Assembly: GCA_001244265.2 (NCBI GenBank)
Contig: CDLV01000015.1
Coordinates: forward strand, 496,001-560,000
Length of the DNA stretch: 64,000 nucleotides
Direction: 5' to 3'
From: Microbotryum violaceum
Lineage: Eukaryota
Both the position numbers and the translations under genes were made by a program. Positions 11,345 through 24,620 of this stretch are shown here, one piece after another (the stretch's first letter is position 1; every line of letters begins with the position of its first letter). The notes under the pieces were generated by a model. That model saw only the letters and a list, made by a program, of their open reading frames with translations, was not told the DNA's origin and searched no databases.

Positions 11345-14300
11345 TTACTGATGCAGTGATACATGGGAATGCTGTTGCGATTCTTCGGCCATCGACGCGT
11401 CAAGCAGCGACAGTGTCGAATGCGATCGACTAAACTGTGGGATGCTGCTCGTCGACTGCGTGCGCCCCGACCGCATGCGCGTCGGCCTCGACGGCGACTT
11501 GGGGAACTGCACCTTGCCCCCGGTATGTATCGCAGACGCGTTGGAAGTGGTGGAAGAGGAAAGCGATGGGGTCGCTCCCCGCGAGCCAGGAAGGGACATC
11601 GAGGCCGACATCGAAGCCGAGCGGGGCAGCGGCCCGGGAGCTTCCGAGGGGAGGTCGAGGCCGAGACGTTCCGCGAGCCGGTTGCGCAGATCGCTCGAGG
11701 CAATGAGATCGCCGGGTTGGGTAAAGCCGCTGGCATCCTGCGAGTTGAGCCACCGGTGGGCCATCATGAGGCCCTCAAACGCTTGCAGAGCTGTCACGGG
11801 GGTCGACGAACCGCTACCGGGGGCGGTCGTCGCAATGGCGAAATCCGAGATGCTTGCAGTTGACGGCCGCCGTAACGTTTGCTGGCTCGCCGCTTGCGAT
11901 TGCACGTGCGAAGGCGGGGCCAAATCAACGCTCTGAAACGAGTTGGGTGATGGAAAACCCGAGATGGTTTGCCGACGAGCCAAGCCAATGCGCTGCGGAC
12001 TCTGTTCACTCGCTCCCCTTTGAATCAAGTATGGCGCGACGGTCTGAGGTGAGATCTGCACTGGCGCCTGCGGTGCTTGACCCGTGCCAAAAGCGGCTTG
12101 GAGCTGCGACAAGGTCCCCGTCGGACCGTGGCTGTAGTAGCCCGAAGTGCCCATGGCTGGGGTCGACGGCACCGAACTCGATTGCGAGTGCGACATTGAG
12201 GTGCTGAGCGGCGTGCCTTGACTGGTCTGCGACGAGAATGCGGTCAGACCAGAAAACGACGAGGTGCTCGAAGCAATCGAGAACGATCGCCCGTGCGGGT
12301 TGTAGGTCGCCTGCGGTGAGTTGTCGGTCGAGCCAGGCAGGCCACTGGCGGCGCTGAACGATGCCGAGTAGAGCGACTGAGAGGAAGACTGCCGAGAACT
12401 TGTCTGGAACGGCGACTTTAGAGGGTAGTCGGTGGCGTTGGAGCCTGATCCACCGCTGTTGGAGTGTGGAAAAGGGTTTCCGAAAGCATTGGCGTTGTTG
12501 CCATCGGGCGGGAACCCACCAAAGGCGAAGGGGGACTGGCTCGGGTCGGACGGCGAGTAGCCATTGGTCGAGAGGGACTTGTTCGAGCCAAAGCTGCCGT
12601 TTCGTGAAGGGGTACTCATCGTGGGGCCCTTGCCGTACGGCGACGCGCGGCGCTGGTCGATGGAACTGCCGGTGCTCTCGGTGCCATATTGCGCGAACGC
12701 CTCGTTGAACTCTTGATCCGTCGACGCGGAAGCGGTCGCGGAAGTCGCGCGCGAATGGACCGTCGAATGTGTTGGTGTGGCCTCGCTGTCCAAAGACGTG
12801 TCACCGGCCATCGACCCCGCAAAGGCCTGTCGCAGCGGGGTGCGCGAGTCGGCTTCCATCTTGCTCGCCTTGAGTGTATTCGGCAACGACGTCGCGCCGC
12901 CCGACGAGCCGAACGTCTCGGAGGATTTGAGCGGCGAGGACGAAGCTGCGGCACCCTCGTTGTGGTTCCGACGTAGGATTGACTGGCGCTTGGACTTTTT
13001 GGTCTTGCCCCGTTGCGTACGGTCTCCGCCCTCGGCGTGTTCATCGTCATCGTCGTGCGATTCAAGATGGTCCTCCGAGACGTCACTGAGGTTCGACTCT
13101 TCGACGATCGTGTTGCGCGCCGTCAACAATCGGTCGAGGCCCGTACGGGTCTTGAAATTATCGAGCCAAGCCCCGGTCGCTTTGAACATCTCGAGGCCTC
13201 GATGCCTCTTGGCGACCTCTTTGGCTTTGGTCTTGAGGGCTTCGTCCGAGGGTTCCGCTCCAATGCGCATCGAAGATTGGACCCAGTTCAAGACCTCGGA
13301 GTCGATTTTGGAGATGCCGGTGCTGTCGAACGAACTCCTGTTATGGGAAATTGACGGGGTCCCGGTCGTCGACAGCTCCGAAAAGAGACCGCTAATCGAG
13401 GATGTCATCGACATGGGTGTACTGGACGTGACCGCGCCATGATGTGGCGTGCGAGGGAAGGTGAGTGACTGATGGGGTGTGGCAACGCTCGGGGGTGAGC
13501 TAGGGTTATCGCCCGCCGAAGGCGTGGCGGCAGAATCAGGGGACTCGGCCACCGCAGTCTCCGGCCGGGGTCCGACAATGGCGAGCCACTTGGTTTTGTC
13601 GCGCAAGATCTTGGAGACGGTGGTGCGGTCAATGTCAAACTTGGACGCGATGAGGTCTTGTTTCATCCCTGGGTTTGCGGCACTATAAAGGCACACCTCA
13701 CGTCGATCGATGTCGCACAATTTGCGCACTCGCCCCGTCGAGTTCTTGGTCGGCGAGCCACGACGCGACTGGCTGCGCGAGACCGTGACCGGCGTTGCTG
13801 TCGTCGACGAGGCGGAACTCCGGTACAAGTTGGCCGACGACACCGCAGACGCCATCGAGGCCATCGAGGCCGTGGATGCCGCTAAGGCTTCGGACAAGGC
13901 AGCTTCATTGGGCGGGATCGAGCTGGCCGCCGAGAACGAGCTGGCGCGGGACATGGCGTTGCCCGAAACGGAGCTTGCCGAGCTCGGGCTCGAGGACCGA
14001 ATGGACTGCGAAGGATCCATCGTTGCCGAATTTGGCGTCGACGACTGCCGGTAAGGCGACGGCAAGCCACCCGGGAAGAGCGACGGCGACGAGGAGGCCG
14101 AGCCTGATTGGTGCGAGGTCGAGATGCTGAGCGACGGCAGCATCGAGCTCTTGATCGATCCGGACCTTGACCGAGCGGGTGAAGCAGATGAGCTCGTCGG
14201 GTAAGGCTGCGGAGGCAGCAAAAAAAAAAAATCACGACAAAATAATCAGCAGACCGCGCTACGCTGACGGTCACGGGGCAGATGACTGGGGCCACAGCAG

Positions 14301-15130
14301 AAACTCACCTGAGCCTTGGAGATGCGGTTCTGAAAGCGTGTTCGGGCACGCGACCCTTTTGTAGGACTACTTGGCGGCGATCCTAGATAAGGACTGGACA
14401 AGGGTGCGTCATCCTCGCTCGCCTCGTTGGTGCTGACTGCGGTCGATGGTGGCGCGGGTTGGCCGTAGTAATGATCCGACGAGACGAGATCCGCCGCCGA
14501 GTTAACGTCGGTGGAGGGTGTGAGCGAATGGTGCGGTTGGTACTGCTGCTGAAACTGCTGATGCCGTGGAGGGTTTTCGTGACGATGACACGATTCTTGT
14601 CGTTGGTCATACTCGTGTGCATGCGATTGAGATGCGTGGTCGGATTGCTGTTCGTGGTCGGAGAGGGAAGGGTCGAACTGGTACGCGCCCATCGGGGCCA
14701 TGGTCGCGTCGACGTCCATTTCGGAAGGGCCGAGGCCGTCATGGGCGTAGGACGACGAAGAAGAGGGGTAACCGGAAGAAATAGACGGATAGGCAGAGTT
14801 GAACGAGGCAGACAAATCGAGAAAGACCTCTTCGTGCTGGCCTAAGCCGGCATGCAAGTTGCCGCCCGACGATGACGACGAAACGGAACGCTGCGCCTGA
14901 TAATGGTGAGCGTTAGTTCCGCCGCCGCCGCCGCTGCCGGGCCCGCTGCCGTCGGAGGGCTGAGGAGCCCATCCAGCGCTCGCGCCATAGTCGTCAATCG
15001 AGCCTGTGTAGACCCTTTCGTCGCCGAACTGTAGGCGATGCTGCGTCGAGGCACTTCTGAGGCGTTGGGACGACGCATAAGGGCGTTGTTGCGCTGGTGA
15101 GAGCGACAGTTCGGCTGTGTTCATGATCAT
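11345..15130 (-). CDS. Large Ser-rich protein with two CENP-B/pogo-type HTH domains and no DDE domain (putative transcription regulator); intron 14207-14308
   Basis: RKLCDIDRREVCLY..MKQDLIASKFDIDRTTVSKILRDKTKW (CENP-B N-terminal HTH) and IDSEVLNWV..SDEALKTKAKEVA..FKATGAWLDNFKTR (Tc5/CENP-B HTH). The 294 aa and 958 aa ORFs join in frame via GTGAGT...CAG. Confidence 0.8.
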
Positions 15131-17787
15131 TGTTCAAGACTCGTGCCGAGCTGGCTATCGAAATCTGGGGTCACGGTCGCGCCCGGAGCAAATTCCAGCT
15201 CGACGCTTGCAACGGCCACCGCACGCTCCTCAAGTTGGCCGCGCGCACGGCTCTCGATCGTCCAAATTAGCAGCCGAGGTCAAGCGCGACGGACGGACGA
15301 CAAAAGAGCGAGGATCGACGACGACGACGAACGACGGCGGGCGGACGGACCACACCACCAACCAGTCTAGTCAAAAACTGGAGGGCAGGAGTCACTCGAC
15401 TTGGGGGAGGGAAGGTTGATCAATAAGGCGCTCGACCACGACGTGCGATACGACCTGCAACGACGAGCAAAGCGATGCGATAGGTACCGGGTGGTGGGAG
15501 GGAGGGTGGGGGGGCAAGAGATCAGCTTCCCGCCGTCGCTTCCAACCTCGCCAGCTGCGACCGCTCCAAGGCGACTCACGGCCTTGTGTACAAAGGCGAT
15601 TCGACAGCTGTCGTCCAACAGAAACACCGTGGGAGGGTCGGACCAGGCGTGGGGCGCTCGCAGCGGGTGCTGATCGAGTGCAAAAAAGAACGAGGGCGGT
15701 CGACGAATACGAGGGCGTTGCCTCGCCTGCAGATATTCATTTGGATCCTCAGACTCTCTTCTCGAAAGAGTGCGAGTTTCGGACTTTTAACGACAGGTAA
15801 AAAGTATTTCTCCCATAATTTCGAGAAGGCTTTCAATACGTGTTTGATTTTCCTGGAGTTGTTGAATAGCTACTTGGTCGTACAAGCTGTCTGTCGTTCA
15901 ACCTGCCGATTCCCGGATGTCTCCCCCCCACCCGCCTCCCAATTCAGATCTGAGAAGAAAACGCCCGGAATCCGGGCTGACGATTGTCCACCACGCTGCT
16001 TTAGCAGCTCGGGAGCTTGCGCTTCCGAAGAGGCTAACTCAGTATGTGGTCGTGGGCACGAGGTGGCACGGACGTGTATTCTTGGAACTAGTCGCGACGA
16101 CCAGTGGACTGCGAAACGCAGCTCGACCCGGACTAAAAAAATGTCACCTCCTCTCTTCGAGCATCGGCGAATCGGGATTGACTTTGACTAGACAAACCGA
16201 GCCCAAGGCTGGCCACCGCGGGTCGAGCCGATTGCCAACTCCGACTCGGAGTCGCCTAGTGCGAGGGGAAAACGCTGTCGTAGGGTTTGCATCGACCCTA
16301 TCCATTGTGGATTCAATGTCGTTCTCATGATCATGTAATTATGAATGTGGCGTTGGAAGCAGCCGGAGCCGTTTCAATGGGTTTTGAAAGCGCGTTATGA
16401 TACGCTTAAATTCTTAATTCTTTCGCGGGGTTTGCCGATGTCGGCGTGGCGCCTCCTACAGCCGGACATCATCAACTCCACGGACGTACGACGGTAGGCG
16501 TTGGACGGGCCGGGGAAACCTGGCGCCGGCTCAGCATTTTGAGAAGAGGATTACCGATACGTGCTGTGAGATAACACGGAGGGGTACCTGCACAGAGAAA
16601 AGTCCACGAGCAGCGATCTCGAGCTTCAGATCGTGCACGAGCATCGATCTTCAGTCGAACTGAAGGTCGTGCACGGCGTCTTAATTCCCAATCTCACCGA
16701 TTGCTCCGTCGCGACCGGCGCCCAAGAACCCAAGATCCTAGGATCCCGGTGGCCTCGCGTTGATTCTCAGGCATCTTCAAGTCAGGCTGCGTTCGTATGA
16801 CTAGCCTTGGATACGAACGCTATAAGTATGCATTTCCAGCAAGTGCGACGGACAGGCGCCTGGTTCCAAAATTCCCGAATTAAGTGCTAGTGCCGCGGCC
16901 GCTTTCCGGCTCGGTCGCCGGAGCTCGAGTTACGAAGCATTCTGGGGATTCCGGCCTACTAGCTGGTGCAAGGCAAGTGAGAGGCAGACCCAGCGAGCTT
17001 AGATTCATTTTACCGAATTTGAGCTTGAGGTTGCCAAGCTCATTTCTTGCATAATACCTCATGAATTACTTAGGTTTCTCCCCCTTCTGGGGCCGAGGCG
17101 GCAAGCGCGCGATACTATAATGCGTAGGAGTCGGCCCGTGCGCGCCGGCGCCTAAAATTGCGAATTCTCCTCCACTTGATAGAGTTTGCGACACGCAATA
17201 ATGAGCTAGGTAGGTCTAGTTTCGATCAACACATGGATTGACACTCAAATCTGTCGTTCTGATTGGCACAAAAAGTGATAGCTAAAGACGATCCCCCATC
17301 CCCCCATCCCCAAGGCGTGATATATTTACGCGTCGCGGCCGCCTTCACCGGACAAACCCCCCTCGGAGCTCAGGCAGGCTGAAACACTCATCAAGCTTGT
17401 CGAGGACCAGCCGTGCACCACCGCACTCGCACTCGATCTCCATGGCTCCTGCTCAGGCTGTGACAGGGTTCAATTTATATGGCTCCGGACAGATACCTGT
17501 TCCTTCTTACCTCCCTCGTGAACGCTTGACGAAAGCAAGCCGTGGAATCCATTCACGTCCCTCTCAATAAGATTAAGGTTGCCAAGGGAGACCTTCGGAA
17601 CGACGAGCGGGCGACCCGGGTTCATTCGCATGACGACCTCCTGGGCACGCCAAAGCTCCCTAAAGACTATGCGATTCAGCCAACCTGCGCTTTCATTCAG
17701 CTCTTAGGTACGAAACGGAATAGCAAAGGACGAGTCACGACAGAAGATCAGGAAGAACATGCGGAGACGAAAGCTGGGAGGAGTCGT

Positions 17788-20700
17788 TCAGGATAAATCA
17801 AAGCCCGCGCCCGAGTTGATCGCATCTGAAACGGGAGGGTTTAACCGTCAGCTAAAGTAAGTAAACTTTGATCGGGCGTGGTAGACCACTTGCAAAGTAG
17901 CTTCTGGCGCATCATTTCTTCGTCTTTGTACTCGCTGATCTTGAGTAGATTCACACACGTTGAACTGTAAGGAAAATCATCGTCTTCCACGCGTTAGTCC
18001 AAAGCCGGGGGACATGGAAAGGTTCTCGGCAATTCGAAGTCCGCTCACCTCGTTGGCAAACGATCCTGATCTGCCCCGGCATTTCGGAGAGCGAACTTGG
18101 GTGTGAGTTCCTTGAAGCCCAACAATGGAGGTCGAGCGCAAGAAGTGACGAATTTGACGAGCTTGGAGCGTTGTTCCTTGTCGAACGACTCGACGACGCG
18201 CCAGAAGGCTCGGATCGACTCGTTCGCTTCCTCACCTGCAAAGCCGCCATAGACGGTGTTGGCCTTGAGGTCTTCGATGTCGATGGGCTGATCGATACCG
18301 CCTGGGTGCCGAAGAGAGCAGTCGGCGTTAGTGGGTGACGCGAAGCTGAGGCGAGAAAGTTCTGTCTCGAAGACCAACCAACTAAGATTCTCAGCTCGTC
18401 CTGGTTGAACATGCGCAAAAAGCGTTCCGGGATAATCTCGGATAGACCAGCAAAGAACGCCGCGCATTGCTTCTCCAATTGAACGTTTAGTCGACTGTGC
18501 AGATTACCCGTCTGAATTTAGCTTCGAGCAAAACAGTGCCGACGCGGACCTTTGCAATACTCACTAGTGCGACATGAGGAAGATGTACTGGATGCGGTTC
18601 TCATTCGTGACGGCAATCTCACTACCCCGAGGGATCAGATCGACCGTCTTGGACACACCAAAATCTGCAGGAGGAAGCGCTCGGTCGGTCAGAGTTCTGA
18701 TTTTGATGCGCCACGCGGAGTATCTGCGCTCAGACCCACCTTCGTCGGTGACGGTAAAGTTGAGCGACATATCGGCTTCAACATCGCCCGGATAATTTTT
18801 GAGCTGGATCAGGCCCGAATAAAGCTCGGGGTCAAGCGATTGAAGATCGTCGACTGCGACGCAAGGTAAGAATGGCAGCCAGGGAGTCAGCTGGGGTGTT
18901 GCACGGTCTCAAGATGGGGTAGACGCACGATAGCTTTGACGTCCAAGCCACTGCAGTGAAAGGCAAATATCCCATTGATCAATACTCTCGCTTAGATATC
19001 GAATCAACACTAGGCACGTTTCCACTCACTTTGGCGAGGAAGAAGCCAGCGAACCGAACATCGATCAAGATGCCGTCGTACAGTGCTTTGCCCAGAATAT
19101 GACCCATGAACGTATACCAAGCCAATTGCGAGGACTCCTTGGCGTACGCATGAGGGTTGGGGTACAACTCGCGCTGCGCCGTCTCGAGCCACAATCCGCG
19201 ATCGGTGTCGAACGCCTCCTTGCACAGGCTCGTCAGCAACTCCTTGAACAGGCCGCCGCCGTCGATGCCGCGCTCTTCCATTCCGTGTTCGTCGATGAAG
19301 ACGATCTGAATGTTGGACTTGAGCCCTGCCCCGAGTCCACTCATCTGCTGGAAAGCATCCGCCGCAAGGTTTGTGCGACGAACCCGGACGGTCGTGCGTC
19401 GAGATCGGTCGTAGCGGAATTCGTTCAGCCCGAGTCGAATTCGATCGTTTTGCACGAACTGACGGAAGATGGCAACACGCGTCTCAAAAGGGATGACGAA
19501 AGGGATGTTGTTGAGCACACCTAAACGAGGGCTGATGAACGACATTTGTCGTTTGCTGAGATTCGCCGAGGAGCGGGGGTGCGGTCGTCGCGAGAGGACC
19601 CCTCCTCGAGCATCGTTGTCGTCGTGCGACGGACCATGCGCCGCGTTCTCCTCATCAGCGTCCAGCTTTTCATCTTCATAGACGACGGTCTGGATAAAAG
19701 AGGCAAGGTCAAACTGCGACGTCATGAGCCAATAGTCCGGCGGCGTGAACGGTCGCCTCGAGTCCCTGGCGTGAATCTGTTGCAACAGCGCCATCGCCAA
19801 AGAGCGCATCGCCTCGATCGAGATCCTCGTCCCGGCGATCTTTCGACCCTTTTGCTGCGAGATCAGATCCCCTTCTTGCCAGTACAGCTGGAATGCTAGA
19901 TTGCGCAGCATCGCCGATAGACCGACGACCTCGTCGAGCGAAAGCGGGTTGCGGGTCGAATAAAACTCGTCGTCTCCCATCGTTTGCAAGCAGCGCGAGT
20001 AGAGTTCGCTGAGCAGGACGAGAACAGTCCAATCCGGAGCGAGCGCAGGGTCGAGCAGTGAGCCAGTAATGCTGTCGGCAGCGAGTCGTCGGTCTTGTCC
20101 AGCTCCCTCGAGGATTCGTCCGAGTGGACCCGAGCGAACGTAGCCACGGAAGAGCTCGCGTAAGAGACCGCCCCCCCGCTCGTTCACCGAGCTCCCTCCA
20201 CTGTACATCAACGCGTTGAGCACATCGTTACGCTTCGCAGGCCATGCGACCATCAAAGAAACGAGGAAGGAGGCGAGAGGTACCCGCGACGAAGCCGAAT
20301 ATCGAGTAGAGAGAACAAGCAGATGGGCGATGTGGTCGCGTGAAGCTATGGACTGGAGCGATTGAGTCGTATGGCGATCGAGAGAGAGTTTGAGGGTTCG
20401 TGAGGGTGAAGTTGAAGCGGCGGCGGCGTCCGTCATGGAAACATCCCCGTCCCTATCCCGAGTGGTCGAACTCGCACCCAACCGCGCTCGTGCACGTTGG
20501 ACTGCCTCGTTTGTAACTCCTTCATCATCTTCCGACTCGTCGTCCGAATCTTCGATGACGACGACCTCGACTTCTTTCCCCTTACCTTTGCTCGAGGCAG
20601 CGACAGTGTTCTTGTGCGCGTCGGTAAAAGCAGACGACGGGACTTGATCCAATAGCGAACGCAAAGCTAAGAGGTAATTGACAAACGCTTTCGCTGAAGT

Positions 20701-22126
20701 GAAAGATTCAACGCGCTTGTGCAGGAGAAAGTGCAGATTCGCGAGGAGGTGCACGCTGTCTTCGATGTCGAGTGGAAGGTGGCCGTCGGTGGCGACGGTT
20801 CCGAGCACCTCGTCGATCGGCAGGGACACGAGTGCAGCGAGGGATACCGACGGCACACGGCTAGGAAGAAGCTCGATCGATAGTATGTTGCGTGTGAAAG
20901 CTGAGAGTGCAGCTTGTCGCGTCGGGGACGGCGTGGCCGGGGTAGAAGCCTTGCTCGCTGGTGCGCTAGAAGGAAAAGCTTTGAAGGGGAGAAGCGTGAG
21001 AGCGATGGTGGCCGAGAGTGCGGGGTGGGACGGTTTGTTCGCAGGCTGTTGAAGATAGAGGACGAGGGTTAGGAAGTCGACTTGTACTCAGCGAGTAGGG
21101 GCCTCATGAGCTTACGATTTCCAGAATCAGCGTGCGAAGGAGTTGGAAGAAGTTTCGGTCGAGGACGTATTCTAGGGGCGTCCGTTGGCCTTTGACGGGG
21201 ACGATCTTCCACTTTGTCAAGGAAGACGGATCGCACAAGATCTTGACGATTTCGACAAACAAAGGCGTCTGCGGAAGACTGCAGGATGACGCCGTCCGTG
21301 GAGACACGAGGTCAATGATCGCCGAGCCAGCTTTCAGCTCGTGAGTGGGGCCAGCTACTCACTTTGGACTCGAGGACGCTCGTCGAAGCAGGTGCAGAGT
21401 GATCTGACGCACAACTGTGGACCAGGTGCTCGAATGGGTCGAGTAGAGCGCGAACAGCAAAGGCGTCTTGGCTAGTGTCCTCGTATCATAGCGCAAGTCA
21501 GCACTCGCAACTGAACCCCCACACTGGCCCCTACTGGCCCCTCGTGAAAATGACGCACCAGATGCACCTCGCGGCGGAACGAGCACCGCCCTACACCATA
21601 TTGCCAGTCGCTTAATGTCACTCTGACTTGACTCGGCGAGGAAGAGAACCAATCGTTTCGTGGCGTGGACCAACTCGTCCGGGTCGATCGAGGCGGATGA
21701 CGAAGCCGCTGACGAGGTCGCGGTCGGCGTCATCATCATGCGATCGTATTCGGTGCGTAGTTGATTACGCGTTCGGGAAGCTTGCCCCCTTCCTCGGTAG
21801 AAGGCCTGTACGCGAGAACAAGGGTGTGGTCGCATACAATGGCAGCGACGTGGGCTCGGTCAGCTCGGAGTTGCGCCACATGCCACGCTCATGTCGCCGC
21901 CGATCACGGAAGCCATCACCACACCCCAAGGCATGCTGCCCCTCCAACTACTGACCTGCACTTTGATCGCCGCGCTTTCCCTCCTCCTCCCTTCCTCACG
22001 TCCTTCCCTCTCCCGCTTGGCGCGCTGCATGAGCTCTTGGTGCGACGTCTCGCTCGAACGATGGGCGCCGCCGAGGTTGATCGCTCGTCGCGCCACACCG
22101 CTGCCGTTGAACACAGGGCTAGCCAT
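17788..22126 (-). CDS. HUL5: HECT E3 ubiquitin ligase, Hul5/UBE3C family; multi-exon
   Basis: N-terminal RAINLGG and IQ-like AAIKVQ|AFYRG; LNNIPFVIPFETRV, GIDGGGLFKE, KFVTSCARPPLLGF, RLPTSSTCVNLLK, KLLYAINSGAGFDLS*. Confidence 0.93.
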
Positions 22127-22434
22127 AATGGAGGGTAGTCCGGGTAGCTTGACCAAGCGGTAAAGAGAAGCACTCGAGTCGATCGGGGTAAGTGGGTTGG
22201 AGGAATGCTCTCAGAGGCGGAGGTTGAATCAGGAGGCGAGCGGGAACGCGTCAACGCAGGATTCGTCATCGTCGCCCCAAGTCCCTTTCGAATCCCGCTC
22301 CTCATTTAGCGACGAGTGCGATCGGTACAATCCCAGGATCCAATGCGACAAATTTACATTCCATGTTTCCACATAGCTCCTACACCCAAGGATTCCAACA
22401 ACAAATCAAAGATTCTACAATACACCCGAAAAAG

Positions 22435-24256
22435 TCAAGCCCTGCGGATCTCTCGACCCGTTTCACTCGACACGCGAGAATCCACTTCCGTCTCGTTCCC
22501 GTCCTCGTCTTCATCCGCAAACTCCACCGACGAGAGCATTTGCGCATGCGCGTGATGTTGACCTGATCGAATGAGTAAGGTGATGTTCCTCAATTGGTCG
22601 AGTTGCTCTTGATCCACCGGGAAGGAATGTCCGTCACCAGCTCTGGTTGCTTGAAAAGCAGAGCATCAGTCCCCCGGGGGAAAAGTAGAGCGCGACCCAT
22701 CCAACACCGTTGAAACTCACGGCCACCCAAACGGCACAAACCACTCCTTCCAACTCTCCCCCATCACCTGCTTCAAATTCCTCTTCCACCCCAGATCGTA
22801 AATATTCAGTCTTCCTTGCGCCTGTTCCAACCTCTTGCGATCTTCCCTCGACATGGCGTGATTCTCGGAGCGGTAATGCGCCGGCCTCGAATCCGAAGCT
22901 ATCACCGAGGTCGAATTCTCCATCGACTCGATCGTCGTTCGATTTCGACAGGCCAAATAGAGGTGGTATACCCCAAAGAGCCCGACCGAGATGCCAAAGA
23001 TGATCCCGACGAAGAATGCGATGGCCCAGATCACGGGGGCGAGTTCGAAATCCTGGTCGCCGTCGGCTACAAAGTCGACAAGCTCCTTCATCGTAGTGGC
23101 CGAAACCCAAATACCGAGCGCGCTAGAGTAGAGGAGAAAGAGAAGGAAGAACTTGTGGTTGGCCCATCCGACGCAACCACCTCCCAGCCAGGGACAGTGG
23201 CTTTGGGAGGAACAAAGATTCCCGTGTCAGCCCTAGAAACGACGAGTACGCAACAGTGCGGGCAGTAGATCCAAACACTCACTGGTCCATCTTCAAAACG
23301 CATGCCCGACAAGAGGAGCAGTGATGGGCCCTATCTGGCTTGGGCAGTCGACACTGAAAACGGTAGCAGCTCTGGTCAGCGCCACCGAAGACCCACCCCC
23401 ACATGAGCCCACGGCGGAGCGAGAGACAGGAGGACCCACTTTTCTACACCATCTCTGCTTCCCATCACTCTTGACTTGCACGCCTGTCGTTGACGCTGCT
23501 TGCTCATGTCGTGCAGAGGTCTGCGTGCCAAAGTCACCTGCTCGAGCCGTGTCGCTCAACTCGCGCATCGCCGTCGTTTCGACGGTGGACCCAGATTGAG
23601 CTGCGGAGTCGACCGGGGACGAGGGCTGGTTGGCGATCAATCCGGCATCGTTCTGCAGCAGACCTTGCTCTTCCTTGTAGGATGGTCTGACAGGTATTGG
23701 CGCTGATCGATAGGGGGTGCCAAGGAGTTGCTCTTCGTCGTCGTCGTCGCCCGGTCGCGAGGCTAGGATGTGGCCCCCTCCGCGGTACCAGCAATGCCAG
23801 ACCGCGATCAACCCGTTGAGCTCGAACCAGAGAAAAACGATCGCGTAGACGGATGCTTTGAAGTGGGAGTGTCTTTCCATCCACAGATAGTCCTGTTGAT
23901 GTTGACAGCAGTTAGCGAGGGAGGCTAGGTCTCGACGCGGCAGTCACCGGTGAACTTGCCAGCACGAGGGAGAACAGGTAGGCATAGGCAGCAAAGAGGT
24001 AGAGCGAGGTGATGAAGAAGAGGGGTGTCATGAGACATATTCGGACGATCAAGTGGCGCTGCTTGCGCGGTGGCGGTCGCAAGCCACTGGCAGCCGCAAC
24101 AGTCGCGGTCGTTGAGGCGGTTGAGGACGAGGTGAAGGTTGCGCCGGCGACGATGGGCAGAAGGGAGCACCGGTCATGGTGGGCAGCGTGCGGGGTCGAT
24201 GGGTTGGGTGGGAACGACAGAAGGGGTGCGGCGATCGGCGGCCGCTGCCGTGACAT
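22435..24256 (-). CDS. DHHC palmitoyltransferase (Pfa3-like); multi-exon
   Basis: KSDGKQRWCRK|CRLPKPDRAHHCSSCRACVLKMDH|HCPW..CVGWANHKFF, NRTTIES, NIYDLGWKRN, plus hydrophobic transmembrane segments. Confidence 0.9.
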
Positions 24257-24489
24257 TGACACTTGACGCAGCCCGTCAGAGGCACGCCGGGTGGAAGGGA
24301 GAAGCGCTAAAATAAGGAGTTGTTGCGACAGAGCTCGATCGGCGCGCGACAAGACACCGGCCAAATTCCTCGGCACCACCACTCGGAGTGCGTCACAGTT
24401 TGCGGGAGAAAGAATTCCCAACCCTTGAGGTTTACATCGACATCCGAAGGGGAAGAGGAATCAACGTTTCAGAAAAGCTCGAAATAGCC

Positions 24490-24495
24490 ACGCGT
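24490..24495. promoter_or_regulatory. MCB box (ACGCGT) in the divergent DHHC/helicase promoter
   Basis: ACGCGT about 125 nt upstream of the helicase ATG, with a second ACGCGA at 24570. Confidence 0.3.
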
Positions 24496-24620
24496 AATTC
24501 GCTGAGCCGCCATGACGTATGCTGTCTGTCCGAATGCCATCCATCTCGCCGCACGTCTCACTTTCGCTCAACGCGACGACGCTTCAGAGCTTCAGCTTTG
24601 GCGAGTGCGACACGATACCA

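Noticed and set aside
13500..13509. TAGGGTTA telomere or telomerase-template-like word
   Set aside because: Single occurrence inside a coding exon; expected by chance.
16591..16610. ACAGAGA / GAGAAAAGTCCACG resembling U6 or the RNase MRP/P CR-I motif
   Set aside because: No U6 continuation and no complementary P4 (CR-V) partner found downstream.
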